The notes: generated from the sequence alone by a model not told the origin. A stretch of DNA of 64,000 nucleotides from Nitrosopumilus sp. (GCA_965203315.1 OZ241857.1:832001-896000), one strand, 5' to 3'; shown: positions 19,747 through 31,317, counted from the stretch's first letter. A program made the numbers and translations.

Positions 19747-21198
19747 TCACTTGATCAGTTTAACAACAGCTGCATCAATACTAGATAGTGATCTATCAAT
19801 CTTGGATAATCGTCTTGTTGTCTCGGTACGTCGTCGCTTTATCTTGGACCGACGATCAGATATCATTCTCTTCTGTTCGGCATATCCAGATGAACCGTAT
19901 GAAGATCGTGCTTCGAGTGACGATTGAACTGTTGTCTTGGCGGTAATGCTGTGTACGAATTTTGGATCAATCTCGATATCACGTATAGCTGTTTGTATCT
20001 CTTGAATGTCTAGTTCAGAGATGAGACGAGTCCCTGCTTGTCTAACTAGTGCGCCTGCAATTTGGTGTGCGACTCGAAACGGCGCCTTGCCTTTTGTCAC
20101 TAACTCTTCTGCAATATCTAGTGCGATCAGATTACTAGACTCGGCTGCTGTCTTCATATTAGAGACGTTTACAGTCATCGATTTCAATAGACGATCAAAT
20201 ATCGGTATTGCGTCCAGAGCCACATTCGATGTACTCCAGATTGCAGGTTTGATCTGTTGTAGATCACGACCATAGCCGGTTGCGAGTCCTTTTAGGGTTC
20301 CCAGCATACCTGCAAGATCCCCGATCATCATTGACGTCTTGCCACGTGTTATCTCCAAGATATCCGGATTCTTCTTTTGTGGCATAACACTAGAAGGAGA
20401 TGTGAACTCGTCTGCAAGCTCTATGAACGAAAACTCTGATGTCGACCAAATTATGATATCTTCAGATATGCGACTGAGATTGGTCATCATTATCGATACA
20501 TCTGCAACATACTCTGCTACAAAGTCGCGATTACTAGTAGCGTCAATCGAGTTCTCTACGATTCCACCAAAGCCGAGCAGAGTTGTGGTCATCTCTCTAT
20601 CTATAGGAAGACTAGTTCCACCAACAGGTCCTGCGCCTAGAGGATTCCTGTTAACTCGATTAAATGTATCCGATAGTCGATCATAGTCACGTAGTACAGC
20701 ATCTAGACAAGATAGCAGATAGTGTGAAAAAAGTCCAGCTTGGGCCTGTTGTAGATGTGTATATAATGGCACAATACTCTTTTGATGCTCTTTGGCAAGA
20801 GATAGCAACGTATCAGCTAGATCCAATATTCTCTCACATACTCCAAGGATATCAGCACGAACCTTTAGTCGTATATCGAGTGCAACCTGATCATTCCTAG
20901 AGCGACCAGTATGTACTCGTCCTCCACTGGACATACCAGCGTGATCTATTACAGCTGATTCGACTGCTTCGTGGATATCTTCGAATTTTAGATCAATCTC
21001 TTGATGATCAATCTTGTCAAGTGCCACCAATATTGCTTTGGCGTCTACTCGATTCAAGAGCCTCTGCTTCAACAACATCAAGACATGTGCCTTTGTTCCA
21101 AGGATATCATAATGTATGATCTCTCGATCATCGCTTATCGAAGATAGGTAACGTAATGTAATATCATCTAGATCGCCAGAGAGTCGTGATCTGTACAT
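19747..21198 (-). CDS. argH: Argininosuccinate lyase
   Basis: EDIH, HTGRSRNDQ, YTHLQQAQ and SSVMPQKKNPD motifs. Confidence 0.96.
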   Translation of the reverse strand: MYRSRLSGDLDDITLRYLSSISDDREIIHYDILGTKAHVLMLLKQRLLNRVDAKAILVALDKIDHQEIDLKFEDIHEAVESAVIDHAGMSSGGRVHTGRSRNDQVALDIRLKVRADILGVCERILDLADTLLSLAKEHQKSIVPLYTHLQQAQAGLFSHYLLSCLDAVLRDYDRLSDTFNRVNRNPLGAGPVGGTSLPIDREMTTTLLGFGGIVENSIDATSNRDFVAEYVADVSIMMTNLSRISEDIIIWSTSEFSFIELADEFTSPSSVMPQKKNPDILEITRGKTSMMIGDLAGMLGTLKGLATGYGRDLQQIKPAIWSTSNVALDAIPIFDRLLKSMTVNVSNMKTAAESSNLIALDIAEELVTKGKAPFRVAHQIAGALVRQAGTRLISELDIQEIQTAIRDIEIDPKFVHSITAKTTVQSSLEARSSYGSSGYAEQKRMISDRRSKIKRRRTETTRRLSKIDRSLSSIDAAVVKLIK

Positions 21199-21248
21199 GT
21201 GTGGTGATTTGGCATGGTTATATATAGCGTAAACGATATTTTTGAGAC

Positions 21249-21569
21249 GTGAGTCAAGATATCAAGCAACTACGTGTAAAGCTCTTCGATGAACTATCAA
21301 AGATAGTCGATCCAGAGATAAACACATCGATTGTAGAACTAGAGTTGATAGACGAAGTTGATATCAATGGTAGTAATGTAAATGTCGATCTGCACCTAAC
21401 TAGTCCGTTCTGTCCAGCTGTGTTTGGATTCAAGATATGCCAAGATATTCATGACAATCTACTAAAGGTTGACGGAGTAGACGACGTAAAGGTAAACGTA
21501 TCAAATCACTTTATGGCAGAGCAGATAAACAATCAAGTGAATAATAGTCCCAATCCCAAAAAACCCTAG
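21249..21569 (+). CDS. DUF59 / MIP18 Fe-S cluster assembly protein
   Basis: VDPEINTSIVELELI and LTSPFCP motifs. Confidence 0.9.
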   Translation: MSQDIKQLRVKLFDELSKIVDPEINTSIVELELIDEVDINGSNVNVDLHLTSPFCPAVFGFKICQDIHDNLLKVDGVDDVKVNVSNHFMAEQINNQVNNSPNPKKP

Positions 21570-22330
21570 TCTTTGAAACCAAGTAAGTATCCACGCAGCA
21601 TCTGTATTCCCATGGCAGGATCTACCCCTTTTGGACATACCTGACTACATGATCCAGCAAAGTGACATCGCCAGATGCCATGTGACTCGTCGATAACTTT
21701 GAGCCTAGAGTCTCTGCCTTGATCTCTACTGTCTGCAACATATCGATATGCTTGAGCAAGAGCTTGAGGACCAACAAATAACGAGTCGGTGGTCATAGTA
21801 GGACATGCAGAGTTGCACAGTCCACATTTGATACAGTTTGCAAACTGGATATACTTTTCTAGCTCCTCCGGCGTCTGCCGAAACTCTGGTTCGTCGTGAT
21901 CCAGCTCGGTGTCATCACGTACAAGATATGGATGAATCTTTTGATGTGAGTCAAAGAGTCTTTCAAACCGTACTGCAAGATCACGAATTATCGGAAAGTT
22001 GTTCATAGGTTCTACTGTCACGGTATCAGTCCCAAGTTCGCTGATCTTTGTAAAACATGCAAGACGGGGTCTGCCGTTTATCATCATCCCACAAGATCCA
22101 CATGTTGCTTGTCTGCAAGAGTAACGTACAGCTATAGAGTGATCGAGATGTCGTTTTACTTCGAGTATGGCCTCCAGTACAGTAGTCCATCGCTCATAGG
22201 GTACGTCAAACTCGATAAACCCCGGTGACGAGTCAACGGATGGATTATACTTTGCGATTCGAAGTTTTACAATACTTTGTGGAGATAGATGAGTTGCCAT
22301 CTGCTCGTGTATAACATCTGATCGAGACAT
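21566..22330 (-). CDS. sdhB: Succinate dehydrogenase Fe-S subunit
   Basis: SCRQATCGSC, CIKCGLCNSACP and CHFAGSCSQVCPKG clusters. Confidence 0.96.
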   Translation of the reverse strand: MSRSDVIHEQMATHLSPQSIVKLRIAKYNPSVDSSPGFIEFDVPYERWTTVLEAILEVKRHLDHSIAVRYSCRQATCGSCGMMINGRPRLACFTKISELGTDTVTVEPMNNFPIIRDLAVRFERLFDSHQKIHPYLVRDDTELDHDEPEFRQTPEELEKYIQFANCIKCGLCNSACPTMTTDSLFVGPQALAQAYRYVADSRDQGRDSRLKVIDESHGIWRCHFAGSCSQVCPKGVDPAMGIQMLRGYLLGFKD

Positions 22331-22331
22331 A

Positions 22332-22688
22332 TCATACCATCCCCATATTTGTCATAATAATCGTTCGTGAACCATATGCGATCAAACCAAACATAGCCGC
22401 AAGACATCCATAGGATACTGCACGTTCGTACGTTCTACCTTGTTTGAGTTCGAGTAGTATTACACGTAGTCCATTAAACCCATGAATTGATAATAGTATC
22501 AGTATCAGCTCGAGCATTATAGCATACGGAATGAATCTATAGTTTGCAAGTACAGTCTCATACTCTAGAGATTCAGCAAAACTCGTTGTGACTCTCATCA
22601 ACACATGTACTGCCACTAGAGCCACTGCAGCTATTGCAGTGCCATAGTGAATCTTCATTATTGTACTCTCTCTCATATTACTCACCAA
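22332..22688 (-). CDS. sdhD: Succinate dehydrogenase membrane anchor subunit
   Basis: Three TM helices, HGFNGLR motif, operon position. Confidence 0.88.
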   Translation of the reverse strand: MVSNMRESTIMKIHYGTAIAAVALVAVHVLMRVTTSFAESLEYETVLANYRFIPYAIMLELILILLSIHGFNGLRVILLELKQGRTYERAVSYGCLAAMFGLIAYGSRTIIMTNMGMV

Positions 22689-23109
22689 ACATTACTGCCA
22701 AACCGTACATCATTGCAACAGCAGCAAGAACTATTGCCGAATATATCCCAATCTTGTGTTTATAGTTCTGTGATGCAGGTTTGTATGGATAGTCAGGTCT
22801 AGATGGTCGTCCTACACCTATGCCACCGTGTCCAAGCATCACTCGAATACCATTTACAGTATGAAAGACACACATCCCAATCACGATTGCAAGTAGTATA
22901 TGACCTTCGGTAGTCTGTGTCAATGCCAAAAACTCATCCCAACCAGCTTTACCACGTAGTATAGTACTGGTCTCATAGATATGACCAATAAAGTATGCAA
23001 GCAGACCTAGTCCACTAAGTCGCATAAGCCAATAGGCAACTCGTTCTATACCATATCGACGAGGATTGATCATTCCGCCAATGCCTTCTCTGTTCTCATC
23101 TTGTGCCAT
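22678..23109 (-). CDS. sdhC: Succinate dehydrogenase cytochrome b subunit
   Basis: RLSG and HTVNGIR motifs; TM helices. Confidence 0.9.
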   Translation of the reverse strand: MAQDENREGIGGMINPRRYGIERVAYWLMRLSGLGLLAYFIGHIYETSTILRGKAGWDEFLALTQTTEGHILLAIVIGMCVFHTVNGIRVMLGHGGIGVGRPSRPDYPYKPASQNYKHKIGIYSAIVLAAVAMMYGLAVMFGE

Positions 23110-24822
23110 CTAGTATCTCCTCTCTACAGGTTGATAGTTTGTAATTGTTACGGGAAATGTTCTCATTATGGGTTCAGCAGGATCATAGTATGCTAGTGTG
23201 TGGTGTAGAAAGTGGGCATCATCACGCCTCGGATAGTCTGTTCGTGAATGAGCTCCACGTGACTCTCGACGATTTATTGCTCCTATCAGTATGATCTCTG
23301 CTACACGAAACATCGAATCAAGTTCCATGACATGTACAAAGTTGGTATTGTACTCTTTTGCTTTATCGTCTACATGCTTCCACGTCTGATCTCGTAGGTC
23401 ACGAACTTGTTTGAGACCGTCGACTAGATCGGTCCCGTTTCTATACACATATGCCTTCTCGTTCATGATATCGGTTAGAGTCTGACGTATCTCGTATGGG
23501 TTTGCGCCACCGTTTCCACGAAATATCTCATCATATATGCGTGACTCTTCTGCGGCAACCAAATGGTATGGCCATGGACTCTCTGGTACTCCTTTGGCAA
23601 TATAATCAACTGCGAGCTCGCCTGTTATTCTTCCCCATACGATACACTCGGATGTCGAGTTTGCTCCAAGTCGGTTTGAACCATGAACGCTGTTACATGC
23701 AGCTTCGCCTGCAGCCCAAACTCCTTGAATCTCAGTTGCTCCTTCGATATCTGTGTGTAGACCGCCCATCATATAGTGACATACAGGTCTAATATCCAAC
23801 AGATCTTGAGCTGGATCGATGCCAGAGAACTTTATCGATATCTCACGAATTCCGCCCAGTTTTTCTTTGATCTTTTCGTCACCAAGATGACGTAGATCTA
23901 GCTTCATACAATCAACGCCAGTCTCATGTTTGAATCCTCGACCCTCTTGGATCTCGGTCATTATCGAACGAGACACTATATCTCGCGGTGCTAGTTCCAT
24001 CTTTTCTGCGGCATAGTTCTTCATGAACCGCTCGCCTTGATTGTTAAGTAGATAACCACCCTCACCTCTAGCACCTTCTGTGATCAAAATTCCTGAAGGG
24101 AGTATACCAGTAGGATGAAACTGTACAAACTCCATGTCTTTGAGTGCCATACCAGCACGTAGTCCCATATCTAGTCCGTCAGGTGTAGATGATAACGCAT
24201 ATGTTGAAAAGCTGTACAATCTACCAGCTCCGCCAGTAGCGATGATTAGCGCCTTTGCCTTTATAGTATAAAATGTTCCAGAGCCGAGCTCGATCGCAGT
24301 AACGCCCATAAATCGTCGACCATCATGAATTATTGATGTTACGAACCATTCGTTGAGATATTCGATATTATCAAACTTTTGACATGTATCATACAAGGTC
24401 TGCATCTCAAAGAACCCAACCTTGTCAGAGGCATATGTGGCTCGCGGAAAACTATATCCACCAAAGTTGCGCTGATCGATCCTGCCGTTCTCTCTACGAG
24501 ACCAAGGCATTCCCCAATGTTCTAATTGATGGATCTCTTTTGGCATCTCGACGCATAAACGCTCTGCGACATCTTGATCTGCAAGAAAGTCACTGCCCTT
24601 TACAGTGTCATATATGTGAGACTCTATAGTATCACCCTCATCCTCAAACAGTACAGCAGCTGTTCCCCCTTCAGCAGATACAGAGTGAGAACGCATTACT
24701 TGAAGTTTTGATACTATTGCAATTCGGAGACCCGCACCACGTTTTGCAGCAGCGATTGCTGCGCGTAATCCAGCTAGGCCGGATCCACATATTACCAGAT
24801 CAAACTCGATAGACTCTACCAT
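23110..24822 (-). CDS. sdhA: Succinate dehydrogenase flavoprotein
   Basis: GSGLAG, RSHSVSAEGG, QFHPT, ELAPRD, HYMMGG, HGSNRLGANS and RESRGAH motifs. Confidence 0.97.
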   Translation of the reverse strand: MVESIEFDLVICGSGLAGLRAAIAAAKRGAGLRIAIVSKLQVMRSHSVSAEGGTAAVLFEDEGDTIESHIYDTVKGSDFLADQDVAERLCVEMPKEIHQLEHWGMPWSRRENGRIDQRNFGGYSFPRATYASDKVGFFEMQTLYDTCQKFDNIEYLNEWFVTSIIHDGRRFMGVTAIELGSGTFYTIKAKALIIATGGAGRLYSFSTYALSSTPDGLDMGLRAGMALKDMEFVQFHPTGILPSGILITEGARGEGGYLLNNQGERFMKNYAAEKMELAPRDIVSRSIMTEIQEGRGFKHETGVDCMKLDLRHLGDEKIKEKLGGIREISIKFSGIDPAQDLLDIRPVCHYMMGGLHTDIEGATEIQGVWAAGEAACNSVHGSNRLGANSTSECIVWGRITGELAVDYIAKGVPESPWPYHLVAAEESRIYDEIFRGNGGANPYEIRQTLTDIMNEKAYVYRNGTDLVDGLKQVRDLRDQTWKHVDDKAKEYNTNFVHVMELDSMFRVAEIILIGAINRRESRGAHSRTDYPRRDDAHFLHHTLAYYDPAEPIMRTFPVTITNYQPVERRY

Positions 24823-24908
24823 TAGTTCAAGAGTTGTTTAGAGTGGGTTAAATATGTAATAAACGATTATGCGCAAGACAGAAATATATCGCTAGCGATA
24901 CAAGACGT

Positions 24909-25406
24909 ATGCACCAAAGATGGTTTCAGCAAGTCGGAAGTGCAGTTCCTCGTGGCTTTTCTAGATACTATATACTAGAGTCACTAAAGGACGAGTCGCT
25001 ATCTGGTAAAGAGATCATAGATCATGCGACAAGACAGACTAGTGGTGTATGGAAACCATCGTCAGGACTGATCTATCCGTTGCTAGGCAGACTCTTGGAT
25101 GAGGGATTGATAGAAGAGTTAGATGGCAAGTATTCGCTTACAGCAAAGGGAAGAGAGATGTCCCAAGATGTTGAAAAGCTAGAAGAGATTGTAAGGCACC
25201 AGCTAGATGTCTTGTTTAGGTTGAGTAGTGTCGGAAGATTTGTCGCGACGGATATACTAGAGAGGATATCTGCAATGGGTGCAATTCTTGGTGCAAATAT
25301 AGAAAAGATGAGCGAGGCTGAAACTGAAAAGTATCGACAGTTTCTCAGATCAGAGCTTGAAAAGATCCAAGATAAACCACAAGGTAAAAAGATCAAACTA
25401 GACTAG
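24909..25406 (+). CDS. PadR-family transcriptional regulator
   Basis: SGKEII...WKPSSGLIYPLLGRL...YSLTAKG winged helix. Confidence 0.88.
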   Translation: MHQRWFQQVGSAVPRGFSRYYILESLKDESLSGKEIIDHATRQTSGVWKPSSGLIYPLLGRLLDEGLIEELDGKYSLTAKGREMSQDVEKLEEIVRHQLDVLFRLSSVGRFVATDILERISAMGAILGANIEKMSEAETEKYRQFLRSELEKIQDKPQGKKIKLD

Positions 25407-25774
25407 ATTTCACGCAATAGACATGTGTGTTTTTCCAAGACATTACAATACTCTGTCATTGTTCAGTAAACGTCATGTAATCAAGAATTTGCTGTACGAC
25501 TAACCCGTTCGGTCGATTTTTACCTATAGAATCTTTGATCACAATAGCGATCAGGAATAACTGTTTGTATGTGCATTGCCCAAATAAAACCTTACCAAAA
25601 TATTGGGTTGATTTGCTCAAAAACACATTTGGATCAACTAATTTACATCTGCATTCTAGTAAATTTTTCAGGAATTTATGTACATTGTCAATACATGTCA
25701 AGCTAAAAACTGTAAGAGAAAAGAGACATGAGCGTCTACTCACAATACAAGCTTTAGATAGAAACATCAATAAC

Positions 25775-28700
25775 ATGAATAACGAAATAGGACGAAAAAC
25801 AACTAGTTTAATACTAATGACGATAATGGTCGCAGGCGGACTGACCTTTGCTATACCAAGCATGGAGCCAGTCTATGCCCAGTCGACACCAAATCTATAC
25901 GTCTCAGCTGCTGATCCAAATGGCTATGGCGCTAGATTCGACAACACCTTTGGTGGACTACAGATAGTAGAAGTTATCGTAACTGATCCACTATTGACTG
26001 ATTCAACTGATGCTGCGCCTCGTGTCACAGTAGATGACGTGACACTCACCATGTTACAATCTGGTGATGGTTCTTGGTATGGCTACTTTGCAGACAAAGG
26101 ACAAGGTACAGAAGACAACACTGCCGCACAACAGCCATTTAACGGAAACATAGATTGGGATAACTTGAGCGTTAATCAACCAAACAACAAAGGCAAATTT
26201 GACAATCGGGACAAAATCGAAGAATCTCCAAAAGTTTGGAAGGCACGCAATGCTACCGAACCACTCATAGTAGATACTAACACCGGTATCGCATACTTTG
26301 ATTTTAATGATAAGGATGAGGTCAAAGTAGTCTATCAAAAGGCTGGAAATCCTCAAACAGTAACACTCACATATGACAAGTCTAAAAACAACTCTATCGA
26401 GCTTGATCGAGACTTTTACACACAAGGAGCAAATGTATACATCACAATCACTGATCATGTGCTAAACATAGATCCTACATCCAAAGACAAATGGTTCTTC
26501 CACATGTATGATCTCAACGATACGGAACATGATGGAGAATATAGTACTCTGATTCCTAGTAACTTTGATGAGACAATGACTCTAAGTCGTGAATCAACTA
26601 GTGAGATATTGAAATCTAATGGTGATCCACAACCATATTGGTTCTATTACCACTACTCATCACTTGGTTGTGATGATAACTGTCTACTCAATATACCAAT
26701 GGGCGATACGGAAAACATAATCAACTATATGCCACAACCAGATTCTGATGCAATAGATGCAAAAGTTATTGGATTCATCGAGACGGGACCAAACACCGGC
26801 ATCTTTGAAATACGAGAACAAGATAGCAATAATGACGGTGTTAATGACTTTGGAGCAGTAAAGATCAAATCAGGCGCACCACGAGGAACAAACACACAGA
26901 TCACATACGATGACGACAATGTAGCCGTAAACCTACGACTAACTACTGCTACTGTAGATCTAGATGTATCCGACGGTACATGGAACTCTGGCGAAAAGAT
27001 AGACCTAACCATAGTCGATGCAGATCAAAACAAAGACAGTGATGCAGAAGACGATCAAACAATAGACAATCTAGACGCAAGGATTCCAACAATGATCATA
27101 GGTGATCCATACACACTAGCCGATGACCACAAGATGTCTGGTAATGTGAAAAATCCTAATTACCTCTTGCTAGGACCCGGCTTAGATCCAACGACATTTG
27201 CCAGTGCTAGCCAGATAGCTACCGGGCCAATGATGATGGATGATACACATCAACTAGGCACAATCAAAGTCAGCGGTTCCAATGACTTGACAACCAATAC
27301 TAATGGTAAAACCGGATATATGGTTATGGTTCTTGGATTCCTTGATGAATACCAAGCAGCAATGAGTCTACAAGATGACTTTGTAGGTGTAAATCTACTA
27401 AACTATGACTTTAGTAGTCTCGGTGCTACCAAGTACTGGCTCACGATGTATTCTTTCCCTTCAACGTCTCCTAAATATAATGTGGAGTTGGATAGTGATG
27501 GAGTAGGTGTATTCAATCTTGCAACAGATATGTCTCTCGCTACGAACTCTTCGATAAAGGCACAAGCAAGCGATAAAGGTCTAGCTAATCTAGGTACATA
27601 TAGAATTGCGGTCACTGCAGAATTTACAAGTACATTTGATGTAAGCAAGACATATCCAGTAGCCGCAGACGTCTTTAGCATTGGATTCACGGGTGACGGC
27701 GCACAGGCCTCTGAACGTATCAACAATCAGATAATACGAATCGAAGTAGAAGAGACCGGTGAGAACACCAGCACCTTTACAGGAACACTAGAGTACATAA
27801 TGATAAACCAACTCAACGTAAACAATCCAGATACATACAAAGACATCACTCCAATAGGCAACGAAGTCAAATTCATAGCCTTTGAGGATATGACAGGCTC
27901 TGACGCGCGAGTAAACTATGCCGACATTAACTCAAATGGCAACAATGCTACAGTCTCCGACCAACAAGATATCGCAACCTCTAGTGGTGTGGTATCTCTA
28001 AACGCAGAGACATACAGTGTAGGTAGTAATGTCGTAATCACACTAGAAGACTCTGATCTAAATACAGATCCTGATCGAGCTGATACATATACTGTCGTAA
28101 CACGAAACATGACTGGTGGAACCACGAACATTGGTAAGGACATGGACCAAGTGGGCATCGATGTCATGTCCAAGTATGAGACTCTACTACCAGGTAAGAA
28201 ATCACTAGGAATGCTACTCGAAGTAACCTTTGATGGTAAGAGATGGCAATCTGGTTGTACTCTGTCTGATGGAGTTCAGAACGGACTCGGCGAAACAGGA
28301 TTCACTCTACAAGAGACCGGATCCAGTACAGGAGTCTTTACAGGTTCATTTTCTGTACCAAAAGAGGTATGCAACTTTAATGATGATGGTAGTGTAAACA
28401 CGAACGAATCTAAAATAACTGTAAGCGGCAAAGACATTGGTGTAACATATCTAGACTTTAGAGATGCATCTGGTCAGATAGTTACAGCGGGCGACTCTGC
28501 ATCGATTGGTGCAAGTACAGGCTCTGTATCTCTAGATAGAACTGTATATCCAGTTCCGTATGGTCAGGGTACAACAACTGGTTCAAGAGCCCTAGACATG
28601 GCCGGAGCAAATCTTGCAGGCGGTACAGTCAAAGTCTATGTTCAAGTAAACGACCCAGATTACAACTTGAATCCTACAGGTGAGGACAAGATCGAAGACG

Positions 28701-30658
28701 AGGATGGAAATGGTCCAGTAAAGGTCACGATCTCTCGCAGTGGTGACGAGTGTCTAATAGGTAATGCAGGCGGTACTAGATCAGTTGCAACCGACGAGAT
28801 CAGTAGATTGTTAGAAGATCGAAATACAAAGAAAGCTAGCTATGATGCAGACAAGACAAACACCGACAAACAGACAGCATATCTCTTGGCACAACTAAAG
28901 TATGATGATGCTAGAAGTACAGGTGGTGCATGTCCGGTTCCAGAACCGTTTGGTGCTCTAACAGAGACATCTCCCGAATCTGGAGTGTTCGAAGTAAGCT
29001 TTGATCTATCTCACAGCATAGGACCAAGCAGTACCGACTGTCCAAATGATGATAACTGTATCCTACAAGGTGATATCCTCACCGTACAGTACAACGACAC
29101 TACAGACGCTTCTGGTAATCAACGCACAGTCACAGACTCTGCTACCTTTGATCTACGAAACGGTGCTCTACAGACAGACAAGTCTGTATATGTTATAGGC
29201 TCGGACATGATCGTAACACTCATCGATCCAGACCTTGATCTAGACAGCGGTACACGTGAAACATATACACTTGATCTGATAAAGTGGGACTCGGACGCAG
29301 GTACCAAAAACCTGAGTGAAGGTATATTCGATGCAGAACCAGGTTCTCTACGAGAGACTGGTCCTAGCACAGGCATATTCCAAGTGGTCATATCTGTTCC
29401 AAAAGCTATAGACAGCGACAGACTAGAGCGTGGTGAAGAGATCAAGCTAGAATACACAGACTATGGACCATCAGGTGCAGACTATGTAGGTGATAATACA
29501 GAAGATATCGACAGAACGGTATTCACATCAAACTTTGGTGCTACAATAGAACTAGATCAAAGCGTATACAGTTGGACCGACAAGGTATTCATTACTGTAA
29601 CAGCTCCTGATCACAACCTAAACACAAACCAAGTAGACGAGATTGGTGCTGATCCATATCCGGTACGTGTTGCTACAAGATCCGACGACATTAAAAACTA
29701 CAAACTCGTAGAGACAGGTACAAACACTGGTATCTTTACAGGTGAAGTAATACTGACAGGATTCTCGTACGACGCAGACGGTGATGATTCCACAGGAGAA
29801 AACGGTAAAGACGTCACAGGTCGTACATGTGATAGCTGTAAAGGACCAACCGATGGACTATTACCAACAGACAACGACGACGGACTCGAGGTATCATTCG
29901 AGTTCTCTGACGACGAGACTGTTCGCAAGTCTGCTCTAATCCGTTGGAACATTGGTGAGGTTCAGTGGCTAGAAGCAAGTTATCCTGCTACAGCTACAGG
30001 CGTACTACGTGTAATCGATCCCGACATGAACTTGAATCCAGAATCTGCAGACAATTTTGAGGTCAAAGTATGGTCTTCTAGTGCACCTAGTGGAATAACC
30101 CTTACAGTAACAGAGACTCAGCCAGCAAGTGGTATCTTTGAAGGTACTGTATTCTTTGGACTCTCTGTCCAATCAGGTGGTCACAAACTATCCACAGAAG
30201 AAGGAGACACAGTCACTGCAAAGTACAGCGACAACACTCTACCTGCTCCGTACAATACAGGCGACTCTGAAGACATCACTGCAACCACCATAATAGGAAC
30301 AATAGTACCTCCTCTAGAACGAGTAAAGATCGAGTCATTGAGAATAGTAGACTCTACAGGTACAACACTCAGTACAGTATCAATAGATCAACAAGTCCAG
30401 ATCACTGCAGATTTGACAAACACACAAGACAAAGACCAGCCATTTGCATACTTGGTACAAATACAAGATAGCGATGGCGTAACGGTATCTCTGTCTTGGA
30501 TTGATGGTTCACTAACACCATCTCAGTCGTTTAGTCCATCTCAGTCGTGGATACCAACTGCATCCGGTGAATACACAATTACCGTATTTGCATGGGAGTC
30601 GTTGACTATACCAACTGCACTATCTCCACAACAGACAACAACAATAACTGTAAACTAG
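25775..30658 (+). CDS. slaA: S-layer protein (1627 aa)
   Basis: MNNEIGRKTTSLILMTIMVAGG signal typical of AOA SlaA; repeated ETGxxTGxF Ig-like units; C-terminal QPFAYLVQIQD...PTALS; start reassigned to ATG 25775. Confidence 0.92.
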   Translation: MNNEIGRKTTSLILMTIMVAGGLTFAIPSMEPVYAQSTPNLYVSAADPNGYGARFDNTFGGLQIVEVIVTDPLLTDSTDAAPRVTVDDVTLTMLQSGDGSWYGYFADKGQGTEDNTAAQQPFNGNIDWDNLSVNQPNNKGKFDNRDKIEESPKVWKARNATEPLIVDTNTGIAYFDFNDKDEVKVVYQKAGNPQTVTLTYDKSKNNSIELDRDFYTQGANVYITITDHVLNIDPTSKDKWFFHMYDLNDTEHDGEYSTLIPSNFDETMTLSRESTSEILKSNGDPQPYWFYYHYSSLGCDDNCLLNIPMGDTENIINYMPQPDSDAIDAKVIGFIETGPNTGIFEIREQDSNNDGVNDFGAVKIKSGAPRGTNTQITYDDDNVAVNLRLTTATVDLDVSDGTWNSGEKIDLTIVDADQNKDSDAEDDQTIDNLDARIPTMIIGDPYTLADDHKMSGNVKNPNYLLLGPGLDPTTFASASQIATGPMMMDDTHQLGTIKVSGSNDLTTNTNGKTGYMVMVLGFLDEYQAAMSLQDDFVGVNLLNYDFSSLGATKYWLTMYSFPSTSPKYNVELDSDGVGVFNLATDMSLATNSSIKAQASDKGLANLGTYRIAVTAEFTSTFDVSKTYPVAADVFSIGFTGDGAQASERINNQIIRIEVEETGENTSTFTGTLEYIMINQLNVNNPDTYKDITPIGNEVKFIAFEDMTGSDARVNYADINSNGNNATVSDQQDIATSSGVVSLNAETYSVGSNVVITLEDSDLNTDPDRADTYTVVTRNMTGGTTNIGKDMDQVGIDVMSKYETLLPGKKSLGMLLEVTFDGKRWQSGCTLSDGVQNGLGETGFTLQETGSSTGVFTGSFSVPKEVCNFNDDGSVNTNESKITVSGKDIGVTYLDFRDASGQIVTAGDSASIGASTGSVSLDRTVYPVPYGQGTTTGSRALDMAGANLAGGTVKVYVQVNDPDYNLNPTGEDKIEDEDGNGPVKVTISRSGDECLIGNAGGTRSVATDEISRLLEDRNTKKASYDADKTNTDKQTAYLLAQLKYDDARSTGGACPVPEPFGALTETSPESGVFEVSFDLSHSIGPSSTDCPNDDNCILQGDILTVQYNDTTDASGNQRTVTDSATFDLRNGALQTDKSVYVIGSDMIVTLIDPDLDLDSGTRETYTLDLIKWDSDAGTKNLSEGIFDAEPGSLRETGPSTGIFQVVISVPKAIDSDRLERGEEIKLEYTDYGPSGADYVGDNTEDIDRTVFTSNFGATIELDQSVYSWTDKVFITVTAPDHNLNTNQVDEIGADPYPVRVATRSDDIKNYKLVETGTNTGIFTGEVILTGFSYDADGDDSTGENGKDVTGRTCDSCKGPTDGLLPTDNDDGLEVSFEFSDDETVRKSALIRWNIGEVQWLEASYPATATGVLRVIDPDMNLNPESADNFEVKVWSSSAPSGITLTVTETQPASGIFEGTVFFGLSVQSGGHKLSTEEGDTVTAKYSDNTLPAPYNTGDSEDITATTIIGTIVPPLERVKIESLRIVDSTGTTLSTVSIDQQVQITADLTNTQDKDQPFAYLVQIQDSDGVTVSLSWIDGSLTPSQSFSPSQSWIPTASGEYTITVFAWESLTIPTALSPQQTTTITVN

Positions 30659-30664
30659 TTCAAA

Positions 30665-30688
30665 CTTTCTCTTTTTTTCTTTTTTTAT
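30665..30688 (+). terminator. Oligo-T archaeal terminator of slaA
   Basis: Consecutive T tracts (TTTTCTCTTTTTTTCTTTTTTTAT) directly after the stop codon. Confidence 0.75.
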
Positions 30689-31317
30689 ATGATATAGCAA
30701 TGCATAGTAATAGCTGCATATGGTAAAGATAACAGTAATCGTATGTGATAGCACTACATACATCACGTTATAATACAATGATCTCTACTCTTACATTATA
30801 CAATATTGCTCATTCACAAGATACTTGATACGAGAGATCTGAATTTGGTGCGTAGGACGATAGACTACAAAACATCATGCTAAACTTTACACAGGCACAT
30901 TGCACAGCCTGTACAATTATTCATGTTATTGATGTTTCTTTCAAAAGTTTGTATTTAAAGACTGTGAACGATTTGTTCACGCCAAGATTAAGACAAATGT
31001 TGTCTACTTGTCTTTGATATCATGTAGAGGCTCTACAATCAAGAGAGATTGGATGTTCCGTCAAAAACAATGTACAACTGTAATAGCGATCCAACAACAT
31101 GTATTGTACAAACAAATCAAAGAGCATAATCTTGACTACCATATCACCACCCCATAGCTTTTAGATACAACAGAAACTTTGAATTCACTCACTATACCAT
31201 GTTTAATTTTGGTACATTTATGAGATGTACATAATCAATAAGAAATGTGCATATACTCCAATACCAAAATGTGGTAGGTTGTCTAACTTTAAATCAAATG
31301 ATATCTTTTGACAAGTC

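Noticed and set aside
25535-25774. 80-aa N-terminal extension of SlaA from the ORF track
   Set aside because: The signal peptide begins at ATG 25775; the extension looks like open non-coding sequence
30690-31290. Pseudogene or ncRNA downstream of slaA
   Set aside because: No recognisable ORF remnant, repeat or stable hairpin seen by eye
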